Origin: a virus
Lineage: Duplodnaviria; Caudoviricetes
Virus record (IMG/VR): IMGVR_UViG_3300049847_000328
Location: 1 to 41,917 of that record
DNA length: 41,917 nucleotides
Strand: one strand, 5' to 3'
The position numbers were made by a program, and so were the translations under genes. Positions within the stretch are counted from its first letter, which is position 1, and each line of letters starts with the position of its first letter. The notes under the pieces were generated by a model. It worked only from the letters and a program-made list of their open reading frames with translations. It had not been told where the DNA came from and ran no database searches. This document shows, one piece after another, positions 16,971 through 27,533 of this stretch.

Positions 16971-19900
16971 TTAAATACCTCGTTGAGATTGAATTGTAAT
17001 CCAATTAAAGGTTGTTGTGCCTGATAAAGAAGATGTTGTTCCTATTGTGCCTCGAATATCAATTGTCTCGCCGGTATTAAGTTTAATACTTGTTCCGCCT
17101 CTACCAATTTGATCATCAGCAGATGCAGAAGCATTTCTATCTGTGTGTATAACTCTATATACAGTACCGTTTTTAAATATATTTAATACCTTTTGAACAC
17201 CGGCACCTTGCGCTGTAAATTGAAATGCTGCCTCAATATCATATATATCTGCACGAGGAGCTTTAAATGACCAACTAGCACCAGTTGTTACAGCATTATG
17301 AGAATCTTCAATTTTTGTACTATAATTTAAAATAGTATTTGTTGATATTGATTGTGTATTTGGGTTAGTATATTCTGCATAAATTTTTTCACTCGCTGCG
17401 ATTGCTTGATTGCCGGATAATCTCTCAAAAGATACAGCATTGTGTGTAAGAGCTGAAGAAAGAGTCGTTGCTCCACCAGTGCGATTATTAAATACCCTTA
17501 AATCAACAGTGTCGCCAATGTTCAAGTCAATTAAAGTTGAACCAGACAAACTAAGTGATCCTGTGACGGCTGCCTCAACCACACGTAAATCAAGCAAAGA
17601 ATGGGGAGAGTTATTTTTATAAGCGACAACATATCTTTGGTTTCCCGCCGCGTACGCCGCGCTTGTAAAAACCAAGCTAGCGTTTACTTTGTATTTACCA
17701 ACCATTGGAGATGTAAATACCCCAGAGCTTGTGTTGTATGCAGAGTGCGTATCGAAATCTCGTGTCGGCAAAATAACAACAACCTCGGCCGTATTGTTAA
17801 TAGATTGAGAATTTGTAGCTGTGTATCTAGCCGATATTGAACGAGTATCTGCTTGATCAGACATTTGCACTGAAGAAGACCAACCAAGAATTGGCGCTTT
17901 AAAACTTATAAATACTTTATCACCAGAACCAAATGTAAACGGTAGTGTATTTGTAATTTGAGAAGCTGTTATTGGATTTACAGAACCAGCAATTGAATCT
18001 ACACCATAAACAATATCAACAACCGTAGAATTAATATATCTAACAGATCCAATAAGATAATTAACGGCAGTGTCATTAATTGCTGCGTGCCCTAATACTA
18101 CTTCACCGGATGTTGTAATTGCCAATTTAGTAGAATCTATTACTAATCCTGCAGGCATATTAAAAGCTAAAACTGCAGCATTTGGTGCGCCAGCTAGACT
18201 TACTGCCATATTAAATTCTGCGCTATCGCCAATTCTTCTATATCTACCAGTATAAGTTGAGTTAGTAGTCCATGTTCCTGTTGGCGTAAAAGTCTGCCAG
18301 TCGGTAATTGGTGTGCCATAGATATATTTACTAGGACTAACCTTAACCTCATCAAACTTAATTGCCCAAGTTGCAGCACTTGATGTAGCCACATGCCATA
18401 TTAAACGGTACTGCGATCCTGTTGCGCTTGTCTGAAATGTTGCTCTAAATGTATCGCTTAATGTTGTGTTATTAGATAAGAACTTAATTGAGCTAGGTTC
18501 TATTAAAATGGAATTTGTAACATCGTATATGTACACAATTAAATCAGAATCTTGAGTTGATGACCCTGCGGTAAAAGTTCCACTTGCTACAATGTATTCC
18601 ATTTCAATTGTAACAGCTTTAGCTTTATACATTGAATCGATATTAAATGTATTACTAAATCCTTCGCCTTGACAGTTTGTATTATTTTTAGAAACTAACA
18701 GCGAAGCTGTTTTATTTAGCGGACTAGATGTTGAACGAATAATTGTAAGTCCACCGCTAGGAGTTCCCCCGCTTCCATCTTGAGGACGTGATTGTACTGC
18801 ATCTTTATAAAGAGAATAACCTGCGGTATCAACCTCAAAATCAAAGTTAGTAATAAAGTTAACATCACCTTGACCGCTAGATGATCCTGGTACCCAATTT
18901 GTACCATCAAATTTTAATACGTTAGTTGCAACTGGTGTAATTGTTGTAGTATCAACATCAGTAAGTGAATTTAAATTATCGGTAACGTTAACCCATTGAG
19001 TTCCGTTATATTGGATTTTTTGACCGGCAACAGGCGAGGTAAGAGTAACATCTGATAAATCATCTAAACTAGAAGCAACACCGGCTTGGTTGATCCAATT
19101 TGTACCATTAAACTTAAGGAAATCACCTGCGGTTGGTGTAGGTGCGGCAACGTTATTAATATCATCAAGATTGAGTATTACAGTACCAATTTGACCATTG
19201 ACACTTGTAACTTGATTAGAGTTAATTGATTTATGCCATTTATTGTCACTAGCATATACTGCCCAATCATTAATAGCAAATGTAATTGAACCACTACCAA
19301 AGTCATGACTTCCTGCGACATCTGCTTCATAAACATCACCAACATTACCAGTACCATCGACTAGCGTTGTTGTATTAGGATTAAAAAATCCTTTAAGTTC
19401 CATCGCATCAACAGTAAGTTGGCTTGTAGGAATTTTGCCGCTTCCATCTAATGTTGCAACACCGTTAGCTGCGCCTTTTTGTGATAAAGGAATTTTAGAA
19501 TCAAGTTGATCTTGTGCATTAGATGTTAATGAGTTGATATATTGTAGTTCTGTATTTGATACGCTACCATCAGCAAGTTTAGACGCATCAATCGCGGCAC
19601 CGGCTTTAATATCCGCATTTTCAATATTAGTTATAGTGTTTTGATCGGCGTCTATTGTTTTATTTGTAAGTACCTGACTATCTGTAGTACCAACAACTTC
19701 ACCTGCAGGTACAGTTTTTAAAGATATAACTTGTCCTAGCGCATTTCTAACAATAAATTTATTAGCATCACCAAGAACTGTTTTTAAAGAAGGTAAGCTA
19801 ATGTCGGTAAAAGTATTAAGGTCTCCATCCATTGATTTATTAGTCAATGTCTGTGCTGTAGATTCGTCAACAATACTTATCCATTCGGTGCCATTATAAT

Positions 19901-20078
19901 AACGAATTACATTTAACGTTTCATTATAATAAAGATTGCCGGTAGCAGGTGAACCTTGTTCGTTAGCTTCGTATGTTGCATCATCCGGATATTTAACAAG
20001 TGCAGAAGCAACAATATTACCAATGGTTGGTGTTGTTTCTGATTGTGCGCCGTCGAAAAAATCTACAATTCTAGCCAT
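16971..20078 (-). CDS. Long tail fibre with tandem C1q-like C-terminal domains
   Basis: GVATLDGSGKIP, LDDLSDV repeats, FTSPMVGKY...LNIGDTVD and FKAPRADIY...LNTGETID. Confidence 0.8.
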   Translation of the reverse strand: MARIVDFFDGAQSETTPTIGNIVASALVKYPDDATYEANEQGSPATGNLYYNETLNVIRYYNGTEWISIVDESTAQTLTNKSMDGDLNTFTDISLPSLKTVLGDANKFIVRNALGQVISLKTVPAGEVVGTTDSQVLTNKTIDADQNTITNIENADIKAGAAIDASKLADGSVSNTELQYINSLTSNAQDQLDSKIPLSQKGAANGVATLDGSGKIPTSQLTVDAMELKGFFNPNTTTLVDGTGNVGDVYEADVAGSHDFGSGSITFAINDWAVYASDNKWHKSINSNQVTSVNGQIGTVILNLDDINNVAAPTPTAGDFLKFNGTNWINQAGVASSLDDLSDVTLTSPVAGQKIQYNGTQWVNVTDNLNSLTDVDTTTITPVATNVLKFDGTNWVPGSSSGQGDVNFITNFDFEVDTAGYSLYKDAVQSRPQDGSGGTPSGGLTIIRSTSSPLNKTASLLVSKNNTNCQGEGFSNTFNIDSMYKAKAVTIEMEYIVASGTFTAGSSTQDSDLIVYIYDVTNSILIEPSSIKFLSNNTTLSDTFRATFQTSATGSQYRLIWHVATSSAATWAIKFDEVKVSPSKYIYGTPITDWQTFTPTGTWTTNSTYTGRYRRIGDSAEFNMAVSLAGAPNAAVLAFNMPAGLVIDSTKLAITTSGEVVLGHAAINDTAVNYLIGSVRYINSTVVDIVYGVDSIAGSVNPITASQITNTLPFTFGSGDKVFISFKAPILGWSSSVQMSDQADTRSISARYTATNSQSINNTAEVVVILPTRDFDTHSAYNTSSGVFTSPMVGKYKVNASLVFTSAAYAAGNQRYVVAYKNNSPHSLLDLRVVEAAVTGSLSLSGSTLIDLNIGDTVDLRVFNNRTGGATTLSSALTHNAVSFERLSGNQAIAASEKIYAEYTNPNTQSISTNTILNYSTKIEDSHNAVTTGASWSFKAPRADIYDIEAAFQFTAQGAGVQKVLNIFKNGTVYRVIHTDRNASASADDQIGRGGTSIKLNTGETIDIRGTIGTTSSLSGTTTFNWITIQSQRGI

Positions 20079-20089
20079 TTAAAATACCT

Positions 20090-20560
20090 CTATCTATATT
20101 TATATTCAAATAGTTCAAAACCTAAAGGCTCTACCATATCATTAGGTGCTTCATTAGCTATTACGCCCGTTCCGTATGTATCGTAAAACTTTAATTCGTA
20201 TCTGCGAACTGTACCAATAAAATGCTGTGATGAGTTGGTATAATTAGACATATATACCTTAACTTTATATTCAGTCCATTCATTTAACGTATTGTGATTA
20301 AGCTGTAAAGCGTCCATATCAAATCTAATTTGACCATGCGCATATGTGCCAGGAATCTCGGTATTAATAGTTGTATAAGGTATTTGAACCTGTTTTAACA
20401 TAGTTGCGTCCTGCCATACCTCGCAGGTTAGATTACCTGTTAATAAATTGCCATGTTTATACATCCAAGGTCTAAAATGAGCCAATGATATATGTCTTTG
20501 AATTTTAAACTTCTGTTCAAAAACTATACCATTAAATAATTCATCAATTAATAAAGTCAT
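20090..20560 (-). CDS. Tail-associated protein
   Basis: Position, translational coupling. Confidence 0.7.
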   Translation of the reverse strand: MTLLIDELFNGIVFEQKFKIQRHISLAHFRPWMYKHGNLLTGNLTCEVWQDATMLKQVQIPYTTINTEIPGTYAHGQIRFDMDALQLNHNTLNEWTEYKVKVYMSNYTNSSQHFIGTVRRYELKFYDTYGTGVIANEAPNDMVEPLGFELFEYKYR

Positions 20561-21336
20561 TATACTGCCTGTTGTATTGCAATGTCTGTATTAAAGTGTT
20601 GGCCGCCGGAAGCACTCCACTTTGGAAGCGTTGTTAAATAACCATAAATTGCAAGTTTATAATTACCTTCACTCATAGCTTCAGAATCCTTATCAACTAT
20701 CATCCAAATAGGCACATGCGTTTGATGGCGGATTAACATGTCATCAATAACTTCATGTTCAAGTCTATTACAATGATCAATGCCGCCGCCTAGTACTTTA
20801 ATGTTATTGCGAATATTAATAAACTTTTGTCCATAATCATTATTAGAAACACTTGAATTATCTTTATAGGAATAGTTAAAGCTGCTAATACCTAATGAAT
20901 TTTGTAAAAGCTCAACTCTCTCACCAATAAAAATATTTGATAGTTCACAAAATGTGCCTTGTCCAGTTAAAGTCACTTCAACATATCTATATGACATGTC
21001 AGTAGGCCATAGATAATAACCCATACCATGTTGTGCATTAAGCGGAATATTAACGGCAGTAAATCCACTAAAGTCAGTAGTTAGTGATAACTTAACTGAT
21101 GCGGAGGTTAATCCTAAAGTTTGAGTCGCGTCGCCGGTTAACGCAATACTATTAATAGTTCTAGTCTGTTGTAAATCAAATCTAATTACTACGTTATTTT
21201 CTATACTTCTAAATTTCTTAACAGTAGATTCATTTTTAATATTCAATAAAGGGAATTGAGCGTTAGCTGTTCCGGTAGTTAATTGAAAGTTTGATTCGTC
21301 TACATAATTTTCACTTAAAAATACAAGACTAGCCAT
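20560..21336 (-). CDS. Distal tail (Dit-like) protein
   Basis: Immediately after tape measure; YRYVEV...CELSNIFIG motif. Confidence 0.65.
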   Translation of the reverse strand: MASLVFLSENYVDESNFQLTTGTANAQFPLLNIKNESTVKKFRSIENNVVIRFDLQQTRTINSIALTGDATQTLGLTSASVKLSLTTDFSGFTAVNIPLNAQHGMGYYLWPTDMSYRYVEVTLTGQGTFCELSNIFIGERVELLQNSLGISSFNYSYKDNSSVSNNDYGQKFINIRNNIKVLGGGIDHCNRLEHEVIDDMLIRHQTHVPIWMIVDKDSEAMSEGNYKLAIYGYLTTLPKWSASGGQHFNTDIAIQQAV

Positions 21337-23531
21337 TATTGAACCTCGCCTATTTGAAAACCATTAGCTACTTGCTTTGATACTGCTTTGGCAATTGTTT
21401 CACCATCAACAACAACATTGGTATGTACTGTAATCATTTGTCCATTAGAAGAACCGTTATTGATTTGGTTAAATAAATTAGCCTGTTGTTCACGGTTTAA
21501 AATCATCTCGCCAGAATTTACTCTTGCCATAACTCTATCGCCGCTGAATGAATTACCACCGACAAGTCCACCGTCTTGGAATCCCTGGATAGCTTGTGCT
21601 GCTACAGTTGCGGCTCCTAATGCTGCAGCAATATTTGCATTAGCTGTAAGTTGTGCTGCGGCAGCTAAATTCGCAGGATAAGGAATCATTGCAGTCTGCG
21701 CAGGAATAAGACCAATAGCCTTACCACGTGCAACAAATATATCAGCAAGTGCTGCTGCTTTTTGAATAACAAATTGTTCTTTAGATCCTTGTTTAGCAAC
21801 TGCTGCAGCTAATCCAAACGTAGAGCGCATAATACCAATTTCTTGGTCGGCATATACTTCATTAAGTTTCTTTTTAGCTTCTGCTACTTTTTTAGCTTTT
21901 TCTGCGGCAGCTTTATCGGCAGCGTCTTGAAGTTTAAATCTATTTTCAATACCTTGTTTTAATGCATCTGTAATAATAGTTTCTTTTTCAAGTTCTGAAT
22001 TTGCTGCATCTATATGTGCCTGAATACGCGCTTCTTGTTCGCGTGTGAAATTATCCTGCATAAGGATAAGTCTATTATCTGTAAATAATATATCTTGTTC
22101 TGACTGTGCAAGTTGCCATGCCTGCTCTAACATAGCTATAGACTCTAAGTTCTTTTGTTTATCAGCTAATAACTTTTGATCTGCTTCAGAAATAAACTGA
22201 TTTCTTGTAACATGTTTTTCAGCTTTAGAATCTTGTGCCTGTTCTGTTTCTTCAATTTTAGCAAGTTCTGTATTGTATGTATCTAATACAAACTGTTTTG
22301 ATTCCTGAAGTGACGCATTAAATTTATCTTGAGTTTGAGATAATTGATTATTAGTTGCGATTAAATCTGCACCTTGATCAGAAACAACTTCTCTAAGTGT
22401 TGTTAGACTGTCAATTAAATCTTGTGTGCCTTTTATGGCATCTGATCTATCTGTAAATTTATTTAAAAATTTATCAATATATTGTCCTGCTTTTAAAAAT
22501 GCAATCCCTGCATCAATAGCAACAATCTCAATTGCAGCAAGACCAGCTTTAGCATAGTTAACAGCTTTAATTGTAAAAAAGAACCCGTCACTGAGAAATG
22601 ATAAAGCATCAAATGTGTAAGCAATGGCTTGTGGAATTTTTGAAGCTAGTGTATCAATGAACTGTTGAAATCCTGGGCTAACTCGAATCTTCTCAATTAA
22701 ATTACCAAATGAAGTTGCAATTGCCTTAAGTGCAGGTTGAAGTTTAGCACCAACATCTTCTTTAAGATTATCAAAGTTATCATTTAATTTTTTAAGTCTA
22801 CCTTCTAATGTAGCACCTTGTTTTTCAATTGCCTGGAATGCAAATGAACCTTCTTTATTAAGGCGTTGAAATGCCTGCTCAAATACATCGGCAGATATTT
22901 TACCAGACGCAGCAAGCTTTTTAACCGCTTGTTCTGACACGCCCAATGTCTTAGATAACTCATCTCCAATTGGAATTCCTGCTTTTACTAATTGTCTAAA
23001 AGTGTCAGCAGTTAATGCACCAGTATCTCTTACTCGACCAAATATAGTTGTAAGCTGTTCAAGGTCAAGGCCAGATGCTACTGATACATCACCCAATAAT
23101 TGAAGTTCACCTTTAACATCGTTTACGTTAGTTCCAAATAGTAATAATTCTCTAGCAGCATTTGCCACCTTTAAATCTTCAAACGGAGAGTTATCTGCAA
23201 TATTTTGGATATCTTGTGTTAAACGTGCCGCGTCTTGGAGCGACCCAGTTAAAGTTTGAAATCTAGCTTGGAGTGTCTCAATTTGAGATGAAGCGGATAT
23301 ACTTGACTTAACAAAGTCAGTTAAACCGCCGACTAAACTGCTTAAAGCCTTTTGTGTTGCGTTAGCTGCCAATGTGCCAGCAAATACAGCAAATGATCCA
23401 CCGAGTCCTTTTACAGACCCTTGTAGACTGCCTACAACAGTATCGGCATCCTTAACCGATTTAGTAAATTGATTTAATTGTTGTTTAGCCTGTTCGCCAG
23501 CTATCTTTATCTTAACGTCTATTTCTGCCAT
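21336..23531 (-). CDS. Tape measure protein
   Basis: Ala-rich helical; NSPFE, FQDGGLV, ARVNSGEMILN motifs; follows chaperones. Confidence 0.93.
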   Translation of the reverse strand: MAEIDVKIKIAGEQAKQQLNQFTKSVKDADTVVGSLQGSVKGLGGSFAVFAGTLAANATQKALSSLVGGLTDFVKSSISASSQIETLQARFQTLTGSLQDAARLTQDIQNIADNSPFEDLKVANAARELLLFGTNVNDVKGELQLLGDVSVASGLDLEQLTTIFGRVRDTGALTADTFRQLVKAGIPIGDELSKTLGVSEQAVKKLAASGKISADVFEQAFQRLNKEGSFAFQAIEKQGATLEGRLKKLNDNFDNLKEDVGAKLQPALKAIATSFGNLIEKIRVSPGFQQFIDTLASKIPQAIAYTFDALSFLSDGFFFTIKAVNYAKAGLAAIEIVAIDAGIAFLKAGQYIDKFLNKFTDRSDAIKGTQDLIDSLTTLREVVSDQGADLIATNNQLSQTQDKFNASLQESKQFVLDTYNTELAKIEETEQAQDSKAEKHVTRNQFISEADQKLLADKQKNLESIAMLEQAWQLAQSEQDILFTDNRLILMQDNFTREQEARIQAHIDAANSELEKETIITDALKQGIENRFKLQDAADKAAAEKAKKVAEAKKKLNEVYADQEIGIMRSTFGLAAAVAKQGSKEQFVIQKAAALADIFVARGKAIGLIPAQTAMIPYPANLAAAAQLTANANIAAALGAATVAAQAIQGFQDGGLVGGNSFSGDRVMARVNSGEMILNREQQANLFNQINNGSSNGQMITVHTNVVVDGETIAKAVSKQVANGFQIGEVQ

Positions 23532-23955
23532 TTTTCTTATTTATCCGTTCTTGTTCTTTAGCTGCCTTTTGCTGTGCCTCATCAACTAATGCATCTATTA
23601 CGTTAAATATTTCTATTATCTTTGCAGGTTGATCTACCATACTTCCTTGAAATGGTAAGATTCCGTTATTCTTATACGCAAAATATAAGGTTATAACATA
23701 GTTAAAGTATGGATACATAATTCCATCACTTTTAAACCTTAGATTGAGCGATTCTGTGAGTATTGATTTTTGATTCTTTAGATGTTTTAAAAGCGCATCA
23801 GAGTAGCCTCGTTGCTTCAATGATTGCTTTTTCTCGCTTAACCCGTTGTAGTGTCCTACCAGTGTGGCATACTCCCAATCTGACAGACCTGACTCGCTCA
23901 TTATCCTATAATATATATATTCAAATAAGGGAGACACTACCCTAACGGGTAGCAT
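23512..23955 (-). CDS. Tail assembly chaperone, GT extension
   Basis: Lies in the -1 frame after the slippery site, before tape measure. Confidence 0.75.
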   Translation of the reverse strand: MLPVRVVSPLFEYIYYRIMSESGLSDWEYATLVGHYNGLSEKKQSLKQRGYSDALLKHLKNQKSILTESLNLRFKSDGIMYPYFNYVITLYFAYKNNGILPFQGSMVDQPAKIIEIFNVIDALVDEAQQKAAKEQERINKKNGRNRR

Positions 23956-24359
23956 TACTTTTTTTCAGGGCTTGCCTCATCAACAAAACTAACACCATCT
24001 AATGGTTGTTTTGTAATAGGATTTTCAAATTGTTTTGGAATTCCATTGAGAAGGCTTATACACATGTAGTTTAATCTATCACTAACTTCACTATTACCAA
24101 GGTCATTAATAACTTCATCACTAAGACCTACATCATCAAACGTCACTTGGTACTCAGAACCATCACAATTCTCAAGTCCAACAATTTCTTTAACAGAAAA
24201 TTTCATAGCAAGTTTAGATGCTTTTAAAATTGCAGTAGTTGTACCTGCAGCTAAAACAGTTTGAATTTCACACTTCTGTTCAAACGTTAATGGTGTAATT
24301 TTAAAAACTAGTTCGCCAACTTGAACCGATATTTTTTCTGTAGTTTTTCTTATTTTCAT
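23955..24359 (-). CDS. Tail assembly chaperone G
   Basis: Between tail tube and tape measure; ends EKK at slippery site. Confidence 0.8.
   Translation of the reverse strand: MKIRKTTEKISVQVGELVFKITPLTFEQKCEIQTVLAAGTTTAILKASKLAMKFSVKEIVGLENCDGSEYQVTFDDVGLSDEVINDLGNSEVSDRLNYMCISLLNGIPKQFENPITKQPLDGVSFVDEASPEKK
23958..23964 (-). other. Programmed -1 ribosomal frameshift site A AAA AAG
   Basis: GAA AAA AAG TAA; the -1 frame continues GTA ATG CTA into 23512-23955. Confidence 0.8.
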
Positions 24360-24441
24360 CTTAGTAGCCTCCTATAAGATAAAATGGACCGGCGGTTAGT
24401 TCTTTAAGCGGCACCTTCAGTCCGCACCTTGTCCGTGACTG

Positions 24442-25638
24442 TTAAATAAAACCCATGTATAATTCTTCAGATTGACCATCAGAACCGCGTGATGCTACAA
24501 AAGATAATTCTTCTTGTAACAATCCATCTTGGTCTGCTTCAGTCATTTCTGAAATAAAACACTTAGGAATGTAGATAGAAACAACCTGACTAAATTCGCC
24601 AGTAGAGTTACCATTAACATCCAACATAGGAATTTTTGCCATAGCAAATAAACTAAATTCTTGATTAGTTTTAAACTTCAAGAAATTAGCAATGCTATTA
24701 TCTTCCTTATATGGATTAATAGAGCCTGTAATTGAACGCTCAGTAACTCGCGAAGAAATTCTTCCGTTAGAGCTACAAGTTGAGGTTACAAATCCAAGTG
24801 TATTTTCTACGCTTAAAGACAAGCTGTTTACCGGAATTTTAACTCCGTTTTGCCATACACAAGCTTCTAATATAATTGGAGGTAAAGAAGCATCAAACTG
24901 TGGAGGGAATGGAGGAGCCGTTAAGCTTCTATCAAAACTCATACCTTCAAAAGCAAAATTAAGATTTGCAATTTGACCAGTTTCAAATGATTCTAAACTC
25001 ATTGATGTTACTTTACATCCTGCGGCTTGTTCAAGTACTGCATTTTCAATATATTTTGAAATTGACAAACTTGGATGACCACTGTCTGATGTAATATATG
25101 TTGTAAATTTTGCAATTTGCACGTTATTCGCAGGTGCAGATGTCATTGGAATTAACAGCGTAATATTAGCTGCTCCAAGTGTATCGTCAATTGCGCTAAC
25201 TGGTGACACATGATAAGCACCAGTCTGCTTAATCATTACCATGTCGCCAACATTAATATCGCCGATGTCTCCATTTGCAATATTAATAACTGAAGTTGTA
25301 TGTCCAGTTGTAGTTGTTAATACTGTGCTCATTGAACGCTTTTGACCCATAGTTGATAAAAGAAGTTTATCAAATTCTGGAGCGTCACCTTCTTGTTCTG
25401 CTGCTCTGTATTCTACCGGCATTGCTCCGCTTACTGATTTAGTACCAGAGCGAGGAGTTGATTTACCAATAGAACCATTGAAAATATTTCGCTCAATAAG
25501 TTCTTTAGCAGGATTCATTTCAGAACCATCAACTAAAGTTTGAACAAAATCAGCAGAAGAACTTGGTGCAGCGTACGTACCTTCGGTGGATTCAGTTTCA
25601 ACTGCCCATACCGTATTATTTTTTACTGCTATACTCAT
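24442..25638 (-). CDS. Major tail (tube) protein
   Basis: ESTEGT, GCKVTSMSL, TERSITGSI motifs; position. Confidence 0.85.
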   Translation of the reverse strand: MSIAVKNNTVWAVETESTEGTYAAPSSSADFVQTLVDGSEMNPAKELIERNIFNGSIGKSTPRSGTKSVSGAMPVEYRAAEQEGDAPEFDKLLLSTMGQKRSMSTVLTTTTGHTTSVINIANGDIGDINVGDMVMIKQTGAYHVSPVSAIDDTLGAANITLLIPMTSAPANNVQIAKFTTYITSDSGHPSLSISKYIENAVLEQAAGCKVTSMSLESFETGQIANLNFAFEGMSFDRSLTAPPFPPQFDASLPPIILEACVWQNGVKIPVNSLSLSVENTLGFVTSTCSSNGRISSRVTERSITGSINPYKEDNSIANFLKFKTNQEFSLFAMAKIPMLDVNGNSTGEFSQVVSIYIPKCFISEMTEADQDGLLQEELSFVASRGSDGQSEELYMGFI

Positions 25639-25648
25639 TAAATTCTCC

Positions 25649-26101
25649 CTAAATTAAAGTTAACCTATAAATTATGTTAAACGAACCCCTTAACACGGTA
25701 ACTTTTTCATCAAATAAATACTCTGGGGTATCCATAGACAGTTCAACTACATTCATAACACGGGAGGGTAGTCCTGCCTTAGTATTTACAAGATGCACGT
25801 ATAACTCTAGCATTTTTTGACGTAGTTCAAACGAGGCAGCAACGGACTCCTCATCTGTTAAATCTCCACCACAATAACCTTTTGTGAGCACAACTCCAAA
25901 GGTCTGTGAGAATGTCAAATGTTTAGTAACGCTATCTACCTGAAACACTTCTCTAGCTTGCACGATAAATTGTGTTTGACAATTCTTAAATGAATTGAGG
26001 CTTATATCATTACTATATGCCATTTCTTTATATTCAGCGCCCATAACCGTTATTATGGCGGTTTTGATTGCTGTTGAAATATCTAGTGAAACTGTACTCA
26101 T
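25649..26101 (-). CDS. Tail terminator/completion protein
   Basis: Size and position immediately upstream of tail tube. Confidence 0.6.
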   Translation of the reverse strand: MSTVSLDISTAIKTAIITVMGAEYKEMAYSNDISLNSFKNCQTQFIVQAREVFQVDSVTKHLTFSQTFGVVLTKGYCGGDLTDEESVAASFELRQKMLELYVHLVNTKAGLPSRVMNVVELSMDTPEYLFDEKVTVLRGSFNIIYRLTLI

Positions 26102-26931
26102 TATCTAATCCATCTAAACGATGCCATTGGTTGATTTTCACTTTCATCAACCTGTCCATCTTGGTCTTGATCTATACGTAGTATACCAAGATTAAAGGCA
26201 TTGTCAAATTTTGATTTATACTCTAAATACTTTTGCCAATAATTGTCATTGGAATTGTCAGACAGGTTAAAAAAGATTTGACTCATTGCGTAGTATAAAC
26301 TTGCCTGTCTTAATTCGTAAATGTCTAAAACGTCCCATTGATTAATTGGTTCTTTAACGCCATTGATTGTTTTATTATATCCACGTCTAAGAAGTTCTGC
26401 CATTATATAATTTTTAGCAGAAACGTGATAAATCATAAAGTCAGTTTGACCTTGTGGATAAAAGCATTCTTTAAGTACCGATGGGTATTCAATTCCAATA
26501 TCTAAATCATCAGAAAAAACTAATCCTACATAAGAAAAAGTAACCGCGGCGGAGGTTAAAACATCTCCAGATAATCTAATCCAACAACGAGATAAACCAT
26601 TAACGGTTGAATCTACTGCATCGGTTGGAGCTTGCCAATTAATAATTCCGCTACGTTTTAAATACTGAGTTTGGTCAACTGCAGATAACTCAGTCCATGC
26701 TGTACCATTCCAGTACTCAACTTTCATTGTTCCATTAGTTGTATTAAGAGTTGCAGTTAAATGTAAATATAAAGCGGTTATTACTTTGTTATAACCAACA
26801 TATAGAAATTTACCCGTGTCCAGTTCTGCTCTAAATGTGTCAAGAGTTGGGTCTGATGCGGCGGATGTATGATTTTCATATACACTACCGTCAAACTCAA
26901 GTACTGTTAATATATTATTCGGATTTATCAT
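26101..26931 (-). CDS. Head-tail adaptor-like protein with extra N-terminal beta domain
   Basis: EYWNGTAW beta domain; helical C-terminal half; DQDQDGQVD motif. Confidence 0.6.
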   Translation of the reverse strand: MINPNNILTVLEFDGSVYENHTSAASDPTLDTFRAELDTGKFLYVGYNKVITALYLHLTATLNTTNGTMKVEYWNGTAWTELSAVDQTQYLKRSGIINWQAPTDAVDSTVNGLSRCWIRLSGDVLTSAAVTFSYVGLVFSDDLDIGIEYPSVLKECFYPQGQTDFMIYHVSAKNYIMAELLRRGYNKTINGVKEPINQWDVLDIYELRQASLYYAMSQIFFNLSDNSNDNYWQKYLEYKSKFDNAFNLGILRIDQDQDGQVDESENQPMASFRWIR

Positions 26932-27301
26932 TTTTACTCCCTAATTTTTGGATTAGAGACTTGAATAAGTCTTGACCTGTTATTACTGTACTATTTTCTA
27001 GTATACTTTTAAATTCAACCATTCCGATAGCGCCGGCAACTAATTTACTTATCGGTAATAGTCCTTCTATCATATAAATCTCAACAAGGAATCCTGTAAG
27101 TAGAGCAATTTGATATATAACCATTTTTGACACTGTTCTTCTTAGTGCAGCACTTTTAATTTGTTCGCCTCGTTTTTTAGCTGCCCATACTCCAGTTAGA
27201 CAGTCTGCAAATATGAGAAATCCAACTGAGAGTATTAAAGGTTTAATCGGCGCAAATACTGCAAAAAGTGATAGTGCTATGTTATATATCCAAGATTTCA
27301 T
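26915..27301 (-). CDS. Holin
   Basis: Several TM segments; DCLTG and EFKSILEN motifs of a phage holin family. Confidence 0.85.
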   Translation of the reverse strand: MKSWIYNIALSLFAVFAPIKPLILSVGFLIFADCLTGVWAAKKRGEQIKSAALRRTVSKMVIYQIALLTGFLVEIYMIEGLLPISKLVAGAIGMVEFKSILENSTVITGQDLFKSLIQKLGSKNDKSE

Positions 27302-27302
27302 A

Positions 27303-27533
27303 TTATCCTTGAGTCTCTATATTAAAAGATTGACACCATAAATCAAATTCATTTTGATATGATTTTAAATAATTTTCATAATCAATTTCATTCATAATAT
27401 TAAATCCCATATTTAAATATTCTTTTACATCAATTTCTTTAATAATAGAAACCTGCCATGGCCATTTTAATGGAATATTTTCTGCCGGCTTTAGTTCTAA
27501 TGGACAAACTTCAAAAGTTTTAAATGCTATCAT
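27303..27533 (-). CDS. Hypothetical protein
   Basis: Coupled to the upstream fibre gene. Confidence 0.65.
   Translation of the reverse strand: MIAFKTFEVCPLELKPAENIPLKWPWQVSIIKEIDVKEYLNMGFNIMNEIDYENYLKSYQNEFDLWCQSFNIETQG

Noticed and set aside
13166-20078. Diversity-generating retroelement acting on fibres
   Set aside because: No reverse transcriptase and no template/variable repeat pair seen
21913-21939. GCCGATAA on the minus strand
   Set aside because: Inside the tape measure gene (Ala-Asp-Lys codons); no correctly spaced TAAA
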